Part shown: positions 37,640 through 47,982 of the stretch, piece by piece | How positions within the stretch are numbered: the first letter of the stretch is position 1 | Layout: each line of letters starts with the position of its first letter | Assembly (NCBI GenBank): GCA_032718475.1 | Contig: JAUCBJ010003070.1 | Coordinates: 126,279-190,278 of the forward strand | Reading direction: 5' to 3' | Length of the DNA: 64,000 nt | Origin: Nemertoderma westbladi | Taxonomy: Eukaryota > Animalia > Xenacoelomorpha | Program-made: the position numbers and the translations under genes | Notes under the pieces: generated by a model | Databases searched by the model: none | What the model saw: only the letters and a program-made list of their open reading frames with translations | What the model was told of the DNA's origin: nothing

Positions 37640-39744
37640 AATGATATTGAAAAATATCTATATAGCGAGAAATATATATTAGCGATAGAACCTTCTCTGC
37701 AGTTGAACTTAAAGTTTTAAGCTTGGGGCTCAATTTTGAACCCACACCTAAGTCATTAGATGAAACAGCTTTTATTGTATCAATAGAGTTAGGTGCCAAG
37801 AAGTTAGGTGGAACCAAGGGAGCTTCGTTTAGACACGAAGCATTAGCATTAGTAGAAGGTAATAGAGGTAAACCAGTTGTATCAAATTTAACCCAATCTG
37901 AATGGGAGGCCATGGAGGACCTAAGAACAGACAGCACAATTATAATCCGCCCAGCAGACAAAGGAAATAAAACTGTAGTTATGAACAAAGCAGATTACAA
38001 CGACAAAATGTTTTCAATATTAAATGACACAGCCCAGTTTGAATTACTATCTTCAAACCCTAACTCAAAATATCACAGAGCAGTAAATTCTACTCTTAAG
38101 TGTTTGGTTGACTCTGGTGCTATTACCCATAAATTACGTACGCGACTAAACAGTCACCACTCGCAATTACCATACACCTATGGAAACCCAAAGATCCATA
38201 AAGAAGGGATCCCCCTACGGAACATTGTAGCTTATTCTAACGCCCCTACTGGTAATGTAGCGTCATTTGTAGCGGGTATTTTATCCCACTACCTATCATT
38301 TGGGGACTCTTACATTAAAAATTCCTCGGATTTCACGGATAAACTTCAGACAACTACAGTAGAACCCGATGACATACAAGTCAGTTTTGACATAGTAAAT
38401 ATGTTTGGGAACATCCCAAAATGGGAAGCATTAGATGTAGTAATGGAAGTTATACGTGCTGACTGTGACTTTCAGGAAAGAACTAGTATCTCAAGTGACG
38501 CCTTTAAGTCACTATTGACCTTAGTCCTAGATCAGACGGCATTCCAATATAATGACTCATTTTATCGCCAAAGTAAAGGGTTACCTATGGGCAACCCAGT
38601 ATCCCCAGTGTTAAGTTGCATGTTTATGTACAAATTAGAACACACTGCAAGACAAAAAGAATTATTGCCCTTAAATTGGTATAGATATGTAGATGACACT
38701 CGGTGCGTAGTAAATAGAAATAAGGTAGACACATTACTAAACAATCTAAATAATCTCCACACGAATATCACTTTTACGGTAGAAACCCAGAACTCGCAAG
38801 GATCATTGCCGTTTTTGGACGTACTAGTAACACTGAATAATAAAAAATTTCTAACTTCTGTATATCATAAACCGACTCACTCAAACAGATATCTAAACTT
38901 TGCATCAAACCACCACCCTCGTATAAAACAAGGTGTTTGTTCGGGTTTATTCTACCGAACAAATAGAATATGTTCCTCCACCCAAGCCCGAAATGACACA
39001 CAGACGGAGTTAATGAAAACATTGCGCCTCAATGGGTACCCACCCAGAGTTATCTACAACACAAAACGACGGGTCAATACGCGATTTGATAATCCGAGAA
39101 CCCCACCGCCTAAGGACAGCTTTGACATAAAAATAGGTCTCCCTTATATCTCTGGTTTAACAAGTAGTCTAGAAAAAGTCTGCGCTCTTTATGGTATAGA
39201 TACGTATTTCCTCACGGGACGAAAAATAGGATCTTATCTCTTAACAGGACACAAACCAAAAGCACTACCTAGGGGAGTTGTTTATTGCATACCTTGTGAA
39301 TGTGACCGTGCATACATAGGCCAAACAGAATATACCCTAGACGATAGACTGGTTCAGCATGATGCAGACATCAGACACCAACGGGCCAAAGCAACAGACC
39401 TTGCAGAACACCACGTTGTAACAGGACATGTACCCAGATTTGACCTAGCATCTGTAGTCGGTAAGGGCAGTATGGACAAAAATTAAAATTCATGTTTGAA
39501 AATCTTGTACAGTTGTAGGCTATAATTTCTTTATCCTTATATTATATACAACGTGTGCAATTCCTTACCGGTATTACAGTAGTACTTCAGTACTTACCAT
39601 ACCAATTCAGATTTTCTATTGATAATGACGGGAATTACCCGCCGAAATATATATACCTTAATCTGTTAATATAATTAATTTATAATTTTATAAAAACTCC
39701 GATTTTTCAATATCATTTATATTTCGACAGTCACAACGGTTATA
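37640..39744 (+). mobile_element. 5'-truncated Penelope-like element
   Basis: Flanked by duplicated CATAATAATTATA (37627-37639, 39745-39757); short inverted pLTR piece (37637-37655 vs 39702-39720). Confidence 0.85.
37723..39486 (+). CDS. Penelope RT plus GIY-YIG endonuclease (truncated)
   Basis: ADKG, PKIHKEGIPLR, SFDIVNMF, GLPMGNPVSP, YRYVDD, LPFLD, GVVYCIPCECDRAYIGQT. Confidence 0.92.
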   Translation: MGLNFEPTPKSLDETAFIVSIELGAKKLGGTKGASFRHEALALVEGNRGKPVVSNLTQSEWEAMEDLRTDSTIIIRPADKGNKTVVMNKADYNDKMFSILNDTAQFELLSSNPNSKYHRAVNSTLKCLVDSGAITHKLRTRLNSHHSQLPYTYGNPKIHKEGIPLRNIVAYSNAPTGNVASFVAGILSHYLSFGDSYIKNSSDFTDKLQTTTVEPDDIQVSFDIVNMFGNIPKWEALDVVMEVIRADCDFQERTSISSDAFKSLLTLVLDQTAFQYNDSFYRQSKGLPMGNPVSPVLSCMFMYKLEHTARQKELLPLNWYRYVDDTRCVVNRNKVDTLLNNLNNLHTNITFTVETQNSQGSLPFLDVLVTLNNKKFLTSVYHKPTHSNRYLNFASNHHPRIKQGVCSGLFYRTNRICSSTQARNDTQTELMKTLRLNGYPPRVIYNTKRRVNTRFDNPRTPPPKDSFDIKIGLPYISGLTSSLEKVCALYGIDTYFLTGRKIGSYLLTGHKPKALPRGVVYCIPCECDRAYIGQTEYTLDDRLVQHDADIRHQRAKATDLAEHHVVTGHVPRFDLASVVGKGSMDKN

Positions 39745-40008
39745 CATAATAATTATATTAGTATTATAAATGTATTTACCCACAATATTTATTACTATTA
39801 GGTCTATTTATTCGAGAAAATATATGTTTTTTATAATATACTTTGGAAAATTAGTTGATTAAGTAATAATTTTTAAAACTTTAAATAAGGGTTGAGTTAT
39901 TTTGTAAAGTTAAGAAGAGTGAACCAATAGAGGCAACCTGAAGTCTAATCTATTGGCCTTTACTCATAAGACAGCGCATTAACTCCCAAGGTTGCATACT
40001 ATCACTAT

Positions 40009-41353
40009 TGTTCGCGCTTTTGAAGACCTTTAGCAGTTTAACCTGCCAAAATTTATATGTCTTTTAGTTAATTAACACACCTTTAGCATACGACAATATT
40101 TTATGCTAATAAACAAAACATTAGCCGAAGCCAGCCCATGCGCGATCATTCACCCGATGGATACACCCGGGAGGCTGAATTCGGATGCTTAAATTTTATT
40201 ATTGCAGTGTAAGGTTGCAGTGTAAACCTACTGTATTATTCGATTGATCGTTAATAATTAATTTCTGACAGATATTATTAGCTTTCGGGAAATATTAACA
40301 GTTCCTTTAGGACGTGGCGCTCTATCTATTTAAACAGAGCTAGGACTTATACTAAACGCAACGATAATGCTTATGATTAAAGTATAAGGCGCATTCTTTA
40401 GGAAATGCTTTGTTACCAATCACAATCATGCACACGATTCTGCCGACCGTCAGTAAATTTGATCACACATAAAGAGAACAGCAATTGACTCATGTAGTGT
40501 CTGCTAAATAACATTAGATTCAATACACACCACATTGATATAAATCGCAATTATTATGTATAGCCTGTCTCTCTAACCTGTAGTGTATCAAGAAAATTGG
40601 GAATTTTGGGTGATTTATCCGTATTCTCCAAAGGGCAATATTTCATCAACAAATCGATACAATTAATAACTGACGGTAAATAACAGTACAAACAATATAA
40701 TTAATAAGTAAAGTTCGGGAGAATCATATGACTACCAGTGAGTTAGTTAGTTAGTGAGGTAACAGTTATACTTTCAATAATTTAAGCAGTTTTACTAGAG
40801 TTCTTCCCAAAAGCCGGTGTTATGGCGAAAAATGGGAACACAACAACAGAATCATATGAAGAATCATATGACTACCAGTGAGTTAGTTAGTTAGTGAGGT
40901 AACAGTTATACTTTCAATAATTTAAGCAGTTTTACTAGAGTTCTTCCCAAAAGCCGGTGTTATGGCGAAAAATGGGAACACAACAACAGAATCATATGAA
41001 GAATCATATGACTACCACTCTATACGAGGATACCAACTACCCTTATTCCCCGAAGCTCCCGTCCAACACAGAGGATGAGCATACAGATAGGAAATTCAGT
41101 TCAGTAGCTCTGGGATAGGTCGAAATCAACGCCAACTCAAATTCTATTGGCCGATACGGAACACAGGGCTGAGGCAACCTCCCTAAGCTGGTTGGCCGAT
41201 CAAACAGAACCCAGATCCCTTCGCACAGCAAATCAGCCAATCAGCCGGTAGCTTGCACTATTCTAGCTAGATATCCCTTTTTAGAGTATTCAGCGACTGG
41301 GGGGAACTGGTTAGCAAAGCAAACGAATCAGTTATCCCACAAAAGCTTTTACA
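40009..41353 (-). repeat. 3' LTR (contains a 140-bp tandem duplication at ~40721-41017)
   Basis: Direct repeat of 57609-58953; preceded on the sense strand by the short purine tract GGGAGCGG (41354-41361). Confidence 0.97.
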
Positions 41354-41431
41354 CCGCTCCCAGAAAATGGGATTTAAGTCTATAAAATATACAAAATCAC
41401 AGTTTCTAAAATATAAAAATACTCTAAACAG

Positions 41432-44400
41432 TTAGTCTTTTTTGCGCGGACGGCGTTTACGCAGTTTTTTAAAGCTAGCAAGAGTCTTTTTCTCTTTGGG
41501 GCGAGCCACTTTACGAGGAGGGCTATAACTCCTGGGTGAAGGGTGCAATATGATTGCATCAGAAGGTATGGGATTACGATCGGTATATCCGCCGGTCGAA
41601 GTGCCGGGTTGGTCGACTTCCACTTCGGTGGGGAGGGGTTTAACGACCTTTAGAGCGCGTTTTAAGACGGCTGCTCTTACGGGTCCTTTAAGAGTCGTCT
41701 GAACGAGAGCCGTGGGTGGGCCATAGGCAGTCAGAAACTTCCTTGGTTTAATGGTTCTTTCCAACTCGCGTTCGCGGGCTCGGTACTCGTAAGGCCGTCG
41801 ATATACTTCCTGTAATTCGGGGTGTGAGTTGACAAATAAGTCTCCATAGGCAGGGTCTTGACGGATAAAGTTTATTAAGTTGTAAGAATAGATGTCACTC
41901 GGATTAATGCTCCTGAGAAATTTGCGTACATATTTGGTTGAAATACATTCTCCAATGCGCTTCAGTAGTTCATAACTTGATAGGCGTGATTTCTGCTCGA
42001 CGGAGGCAAACAAATAAGGATGGAACGCATAAACTCCTTCGTAAGCGCGTCCAGGGTAATAGCGATGGCGTGAATCACAATGTAAATCAGCGTTCGCTTC
42101 CCAAGCTCTGATATAACGTAGTACAATCATTTCATCTACGCTCTCTAAATCATGATTAAAGGGACAATCAAAGCTGGCGTGTCCTTTTAATTGACAATGA
42201 TGGCATTGAGTCATAAATTGGGGGCAGACAGCAAAAATGTGCAAATTATTAAGCCGACAATATGCACAATAGATTTCCATCGACGGTTGCTCGTGGAAAT
42301 AGGAACAGAGATCGTTGGTGTCCATAGACGTAATATGGTCTCTCGATGCGCACAGCCGACAACGTTGTCGAGAAACATAATTGGCATGGCGATAATCATA
42401 CGCAGTAAGACACTGTGGACCTTGATACCATTCCAATATGTAGTCGCTATCGCTACTCCGAGACGTGGGGGGCTGAATCTCTTCAGATTCTAAACATATG
42501 GGTTCGTCTTCCCCTTGTATAGTTGAGGTAGGCATGGCCGTCTCCTCAAGTGGACCTACCGTCTGAATTTCCACGACAGAATAACCTGTGGGGATTCGAG
42601 GTCTTTGGATAACAGAGGAGTGCAGGTTTATTATACAAATGTCTTTGAAAATAGCAAATCCAGCGCTATCTAACTTCTCCGCAGCCGAGTCTCTTAAGCT
42701 GAGCTTGGTCAAAGCGCGGTCTTTGAATTGGCTATCCACGTTGCGAAACGGGGTTAAAAATCGTCGGAAACATTCAAAGCGGATGAATTTATTATGTTCA
42801 TCTAGCTTAGCGAGTTTGGTCCCAAGTATTAATGGATGGGCGCGTATAGTACGACTGCACACATCGGCTAGCCAACCGGAAAGTGCGGTGTTTTCGAAGA
42901 TCGTGTAGATAGCTAAGGAGGGGCGGAGTGGAACACTCATGAAGCTATACACGGCGCCAGGTGCGGTCAACGGTCCGTCAAAGTATAATCGAGAATAATG
43001 GTCTCCGTATACTTGTTGATAGTTGATGGGATTTCCGACCTTGAAATTCCATCCGTATTCCTGAAAAGCAAGATGTCCGATGGAAGTTCGTTGCACCTTT
43101 GTAATGTTGCTAGACGCATTAGCATACATGGTGCGAAAGAAACCTCGGCCTTCGGCCCAAGGAGCTATCAGCTGAGTATCCACGAAAGGATAGGGGATAT
43201 TTTCCATATTCCGAAAGTCGTTTTGGAGATCTCCGTAAACAGCTGAGCCGATTTTAATGATTCTTTCGTTGAATAACATCTCGAGAACGGGCTGGGGTAA
43301 CATCGATCCATCGATACCCATGGCCGGTTTGCGTTCGGTGTCAATGACGTAACGCTGCGCGAGTTCGAATTGTCCATGTCGGAGATTCTTTTGCGTTTCG
43401 GTGAGAGTTTCAAAGGAATAATCGATCACGTCGGAACACGCTCGCGTAAACACGTGAGTGGAACCAGCTAATCCGCGTATGTGTATCATGCGCGTAGTTC
43501 CTAATTCTCCGATTGGAACGCTACCTTCGTTATCGTAAGTAACAACGCCATACATCTCAATGATATTAAGAGTTTCATTCCACTCTTTGGTGGCGTTCTC
43601 GAGGGTCATCCCTACTGGATGCCACAAGGTGGCGCATTGATTAGCGTCAGGGAGATCACTATACTTCATGTATCGAGTGGTATACGTCTCCACATTTCCA
43701 TATCTTTGTATTTTCTCCTCCTCGAATAATACGTCTAGATTCCAATGGACTAATCGAGTTTTAATAAATCCATCGAGATTATAAGGAGGTTCTGTATCCT
43801 TCTCTATTCGAGAAACGTTATATGGTTTTCGAAATGAGTTTACCTTTACTAACTGATCCAGATGTTTTTGCAATTGTTCGAGTTCGACAATGTCCAGAGG
43901 ATTTATTAGTGGTAGAAACTTTAAATTATGCGTCGGATCTTCTGGTTTTACCATATAATATTGAGTCAGATTAACGTAATAAGGGTGGTCTTTAATTCCA
44001 TAAAAAGAGTTCTGTAAAGGTCTAGCGCGTATGTTGACATCGTGTACCATACGACGGACAAGATCCGCTCGATTGTCCGGAGGTTCAACGAGTATACCGT
44101 CAACTCGAGCGGCCTCGATTGGCGGACGCTGTAACATAGGAGCGTCAGCGATAAGATTTTGCGATCTTATGCTGATATCAACCGGTTGGGGTTGTATCTT
44201 TGCAAAAAGTTTGTCTCCGAAATGCGGAACCATCGAGGGATGACGGACGGTTTTAGAGTAGAGATCGGTTATGAGTATCTGAGCTTCGGGTTGGGCTAAA
44301 GCGGCTTCTTCTCTCTCATCCATTTCCGTATGTTTCTCCTCTAGTTGATTTTCCTCCGCTTGTTTCTGTAAGCGTTCTTCTAGAAACTCCTGTAGAGAAT

Positions 44401-45685
44401 ACGTACGTCCAAGCTCGATGTCCTCTTCGAGGTTTTGGATTTCTCTATCAAACTGCGGCAAGGCTAACTCTTTCACCGATTGGACCTGCTGCTGTAATTT
44501 ACGTTTCTCTAGAAAATCCTGTGTTCCCTTTCCGATTTTCTGTCGGATGGCGTCTAAAGCGTTTCTGATGACACTCTCCTCGACTTCCGTGGCAGGTTGT
44601 ATCGGAGTTAATCCTGGCCGATTGTAAGGATTAAATGGCGATGTTAGATGCCCGCGTCCCAATCCGGTTAAATAGGATGGTCGAATATCTAACGAACCTA
44701 CCGCTGGAACACCACCGATTAACTGCTCGGGTAACACCAAATCTTTGAACAGTGAGTATAACTCGGGAGGATCAGTGATACTGTTAGGATCAAGAGTTTG
44801 AGGTCTCACTGGGGAATGAGGAGGCCTGACCGAGTATTCCGGAACTCTGATCATGGGTTTATTTAGCGATCGTTTTAGACGGGCGATCGTAGGTGATACG
44901 TCGAACAGGTTTCGCTCGAAACTCCCGTAAGTATAACGCGTAAAACTGTGTTTAGCACAACGTCTCCGCGGATGTTTATGTCTTTCCGTTTGCTGGTTAG
45001 GTCTAGGGCATGAGTCACAATAATACCAAAGACGTACGTCCTGCAGAGGAAACGCGGGTGATCGTTCTCCAGTTTTGCAATACTCTTCCATTTGTTCAAA
45101 GCTGTCCGGGACAACAGGCAGTGGACGATCTGCGGTAAGATACATCATGGTGAAATAGAGTCGTTTGAGTTCTACCATGGGATCGTGATGTATACCTTGA
45201 GGATATCGAGTCTCTAGGTTCTGTTGACTGGCAATATTGAGATAGGTTTCTCTCAAAAATTCCAAGTAGTCGTTGAAGTTGATGCGCTTATCGGGTTCTT
45301 CAACGTTTTCTCTGTCGAGTAGGTTGCGAATAGAGTTCTCGTGTTCTATTCTCGGTTTATCATTACGATTCCGCTGGGCATGATATTTAAATAAAACCAT
45401 TTCCCTTTCGGTGTCTACATCTTCCGTATCATGTAAATCGGTAGGATGGCCGGTAGTTAAGAAGTCCATATACGTACCATTACGATTCGTATAGCGAGCG
45501 GTGAATTTTCTATAGTCCAATTCACGCGTAAGTTGTTCCTGGGACATCGGCGGTTCGATATAACGACCATCGTCCTCCGTAATAGTCGGATCGGCTTCAC
45601 CGCGTATCAAGCTATCCACAAACGCTTGTAAAGGTAGAGTATATCGCTCTCTAATACCAAGGTCATCTTCTATCAATTCCGTCAT
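41432..45685 (-). CDS. Accessory ORF3: 1417-aa protein with DEDDy (RNase D/WRN/EXD-like) 3'-5' exonuclease domain and CCHC zinc knuckles
   Basis: ExoI VVTYDNEG (aa ~714), LPQPVLEMLFNERIIKIGSAVYGDL (ExoII), FVDTQLIA, SIGHLA...GWNFK, PLRPSLAIYTIFE (ExoIII-like); CAYC-x5-H-x4-C and CHHC-x4-H-x4-C; basic C-terminus; no obvious signal peptide or TM. Confidence 0.75.
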   Translation of the reverse strand: MTELIEDDLGIRERYTLPLQAFVDSLIRGEADPTITEDDGRYIEPPMSQEQLTRELDYRKFTARYTNRNGTYMDFLTTGHPTDLHDTEDVDTEREMVLFKYHAQRNRNDKPRIEHENSIRNLLDRENVEEPDKRINFNDYLEFLRETYLNIASQQNLETRYPQGIHHDPMVELKRLYFTMMYLTADRPLPVVPDSFEQMEEYCKTGERSPAFPLQDVRLWYYCDSCPRPNQQTERHKHPRRRCAKHSFTRYTYGSFERNLFDVSPTIARLKRSLNKPMIRVPEYSVRPPHSPVRPQTLDPNSITDPPELYSLFKDLVLPEQLIGGVPAVGSLDIRPSYLTGLGRGHLTSPFNPYNRPGLTPIQPATEVEESVIRNALDAIRQKIGKGTQDFLEKRKLQQQVQSVKELALPQFDREIQNLEEDIELGRTYSLQEFLEERLQKQAEENQLEEKHTEMDEREEAALAQPEAQILITDLYSKTVRHPSMVPHFGDKLFAKIQPQPVDISIRSQNLIADAPMLQRPPIEAARVDGILVEPPDNRADLVRRMVHDVNIRARPLQNSFYGIKDHPYYVNLTQYYMVKPEDPTHNLKFLPLINPLDIVELEQLQKHLDQLVKVNSFRKPYNVSRIEKDTEPPYNLDGFIKTRLVHWNLDVLFEEEKIQRYGNVETYTTRYMKYSDLPDANQCATLWHPVGMTLENATKEWNETLNIIEMYGVVTYDNEGSVPIGELGTTRMIHIRGLAGSTHVFTRACSDVIDYSFETLTETQKNLRHGQFELAQRYVIDTERKPAMGIDGSMLPQPVLEMLFNERIIKIGSAVYGDLQNDFRNMENIPYPFVDTQLIAPWAEGRGFFRTMYANASSNITKVQRTSIGHLAFQEYGWNFKVGNPINYQQVYGDHYSRLYFDGPLTAPGAVYSFMSVPLRPSLAIYTIFENTALSGWLADVCSRTIRAHPLILGTKLAKLDEHNKFIRFECFRRFLTPFRNVDSQFKDRALTKLSLRDSAAEKLDSAGFAIFKDICIINLHSSVIQRPRIPTGYSVVEIQTVGPLEETAMPTSTIQGEDEPICLESEEIQPPTSRSSDSDYILEWYQGPQCLTAYDYRHANYVSRQRCRLCASRDHITSMDTNDLCSYFHEQPSMEIYCAYCRLNNLHIFAVCPQFMTQCHHCQLKGHASFDCPFNHDLESVDEMIVLRYIRAWEANADLHCDSRHRYYPGRAYEGVYAFHPYLFASVEQKSRLSSYELLKRIGECISTKYVRKFLRSINPSDIYSYNLINFIRQDPAYGDLFVNSHPELQEVYRRPYEYRARERELERTIKPRKFLTAYGPPTALVQTTLKGPVRAAVLKRALKVVKPLPTEVEVDQPGTSTGGYTDRNPIPSDAIILHPSPRSYSPPRKVARPKEKKTLASFKKLRKRRPRKKD

Positions 45686-47307
45686 ATCTGCTATCTGAGT
45701 TTATTAATATCAGTATGAGTTAATATTTAGGCAAGCGGGCGTCGCTGCCTACTAGTCTTTGCCCCCGGACAGTGGGTTTCTCAGCGCCGATGTACCGTCG
45801 TCGCGGTGTTTACGCCAACATGTAGCAACAGCACGACAACGATAACCGGCACAAGTCCCACCACTGTCCGTCCCAAAGGCTTGAATCCACTTGAGGTTAT
45901 CTCGGTAGAGTTAGGGCTACTTTACAATTGCGATTAGCTACTGTAAACACACTTTAGTAGTAACATTCACCTATAAACGCCCAAATTCCATACAATTGGA
46001 CAATTACTTACTGCATACATGCAGGCCATTTGTCCGTTAATCAGTGTCTTCCAGAATGTCACGTTATTACTATGTATCCTTGGATACTAATAGTGCGCTA
46101 TGTATACTCTTATGCTACGCAATGGGGCAAGCTTTTTATTGTTCCTTTAACTTGCTTCTAATTCTAGCGTGGGTGTTGCCATGGTGACATTATGGAAAAC
46201 TAGCGGTAGAATTAGAGTAATTCTCATGCATACAGATCTGGGATGCTATTTAATAGTAATTCTTTAATTGTCAATATCCTCTTTATGCATGATTTTATAA
46301 ATTTTATCGGCTATTGACTATATGTTGGAGATTCTCGCACTCTAGTACACTCAATATGAATCTCCGCTCCCATGATCTATTAATTACTGGAATTTTGGGA
46401 ATGTTATAAATTGCACAAAATGACAATTTATGAAATTCATTTGAATATGAATTTAAATTTATTCCCGTGAATTTTATTATTTGATGTTAAATTGACACAA
46501 ATTTCATTCCAGAGCATATCTGGGGACTTAGGATCCTTAATTCTATAAAATAGTCCTTCTAAGAATATCGGTAAATACTGCGATATCTTAATTGACTAGA
46601 AATTTTAAAGGATCGGGATTTTACAGATTTTAATAAATATTAAATTAATATTTAGGATGAGCACCGATTTATTCCAGAACTTGTCTGGGGACGTTAACCA
46701 CTGATTCTAGAATTTGTCTTTCAAGTATATCGGTGGGTGCTACGATATCTTAATCGACTAGAATTACAGATGGTCAAAAAGTTTAACAGATTTATTTGCG
46801 ATTTACGCTACTGTTAGAGGGACATCACGCTACTATATGTATTATTTGTTATAAGGTAGAAGAGCAATATCGCACGAAGCAATGTCAGTGTGAAGAGGCA
46901 AGTCGTTTCCAAGGTCTACCCAGAGCTTGGTTTAGCCGAGACACGAGGATCTGAACTTTGCATTCCTAATACTCTGCCTACCAATAATACTTAAATATAG
47001 TAGTGGCTTTATTGTACTTTAATAAGTACTGACATGTCATCTTACTATAGTCTCGCATTTATAATATAATACGGACAGTAAGGAAAGAGAAAATAATTAT
47101 TTCTTGCCGTCGCACTAAATATATTATAGGTAATTAAATACGTAATAAACACTAATATATTGCACTAATTTACTAAATATTCTAAAATAACATTTTACTA
47201 AATAAAATTAAATAAAAACGATTATAATAACGTACATAATAACATTTACATATAAAATGTAATAAAAATAGATAAAATAATATAGACATACACCCACTCC
47301 AGACGTA

Positions 47308-47982
47308 CTACGTTGAAGAGCCCCTAGATGTTTGAGGTATTAGGGAGGTGGTCGTGGGAAGGGTTTCTTGCCTTCCATAGTTTCCGGAGAGTTCCCGGTC
47401 TCTTTCCAGCAAACATAAACGACCAACCGGGCGATTGAGTTGTTGCGTCTCAAAGATTATGCCGGGTTTCTTGAAGTTACGTCGCATGACGACGAGTTCT
47501 ACCGAGCGCACTAGACCATCCTCCGAGATGTGCGTCTCGATGATACGACCTATCTGCCACCGTCTACGTGGAAGGTCCGGATCTACAATAAGGACCATGT
47601 CTCCGGCGCTGACATTTTCCTGCTGCGCAAACCACTTAGTTCGAAGTTGTAGCGTGGGCAGATAATGTTTCTCAAAATGGTCAGCGAAACGACGGGATAG
47701 CAACTGCATAAGCTGCCAAGTTCGACGACAGTATTCATCTCCATCGGCAATCTCGGATTGTGGGAGCATGGCTACAGGTTTCTTAAGTAGGAAGTGCGCG
47801 GGTGTTAGCGCTTCCAGGGAGTCGAGACTCGATGAGACTGGCATAAGCGGTCTCTCGTTAAGATAGGCAGCGATTTCTTCCATTAACGTCCGCAGAAGTT
47901 CGTCGGTGAGATATGCACGGCACGGCACTATAAAGCGGTCTTGACACTTCGAATTAATCTCTCCCAACTTCCTCCCCACCAA
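47308..47982 (-). CDS. pol: Integrase C-terminal part, separated from pol by a frameshift near 47930
   Basis: LTDELLRTLMEEIAAYLNERPL, LTPAHFL, YLPTLQ.R.KW, W..GRI...DGLVRSV: a typical BEL integrase tail. Confidence 0.9.
   Translation of the reverse strand: MVGRKLGEINSKCQDRFIVPCRAYLTDELLRTLMEEIAAYLNERPLMPVSSSLDSLEALTPAHFLLKKPVAMLPQSEIADGDEYCRRTWQLMQLLSRRFADHFEKHYLPTLQLRTKWFAQQENVSAGDMVLIVDPDLPRRRWQIGRIIETHISEDGLVRSVELVVMRRNFKKPGIIFETQQLNRPVGRLCLLERDRELSGNYGRQETLPTTTSLIPQTSRGSST

Noticed and set aside
41043-41240. 65-aa ORF repeated at 58643-58840, and ORFs 35843-36055 / 59998-60234
   Set aside because: They recur only because they lie in LTRs or TIRs; non-ATG starts and no motifs.
41432-45685. 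ORF3 as an envelope glycoprotein
   Set aside because: No evident signal peptide or transmembrane anchor; nuclease and zinc-knuckle motifs instead.
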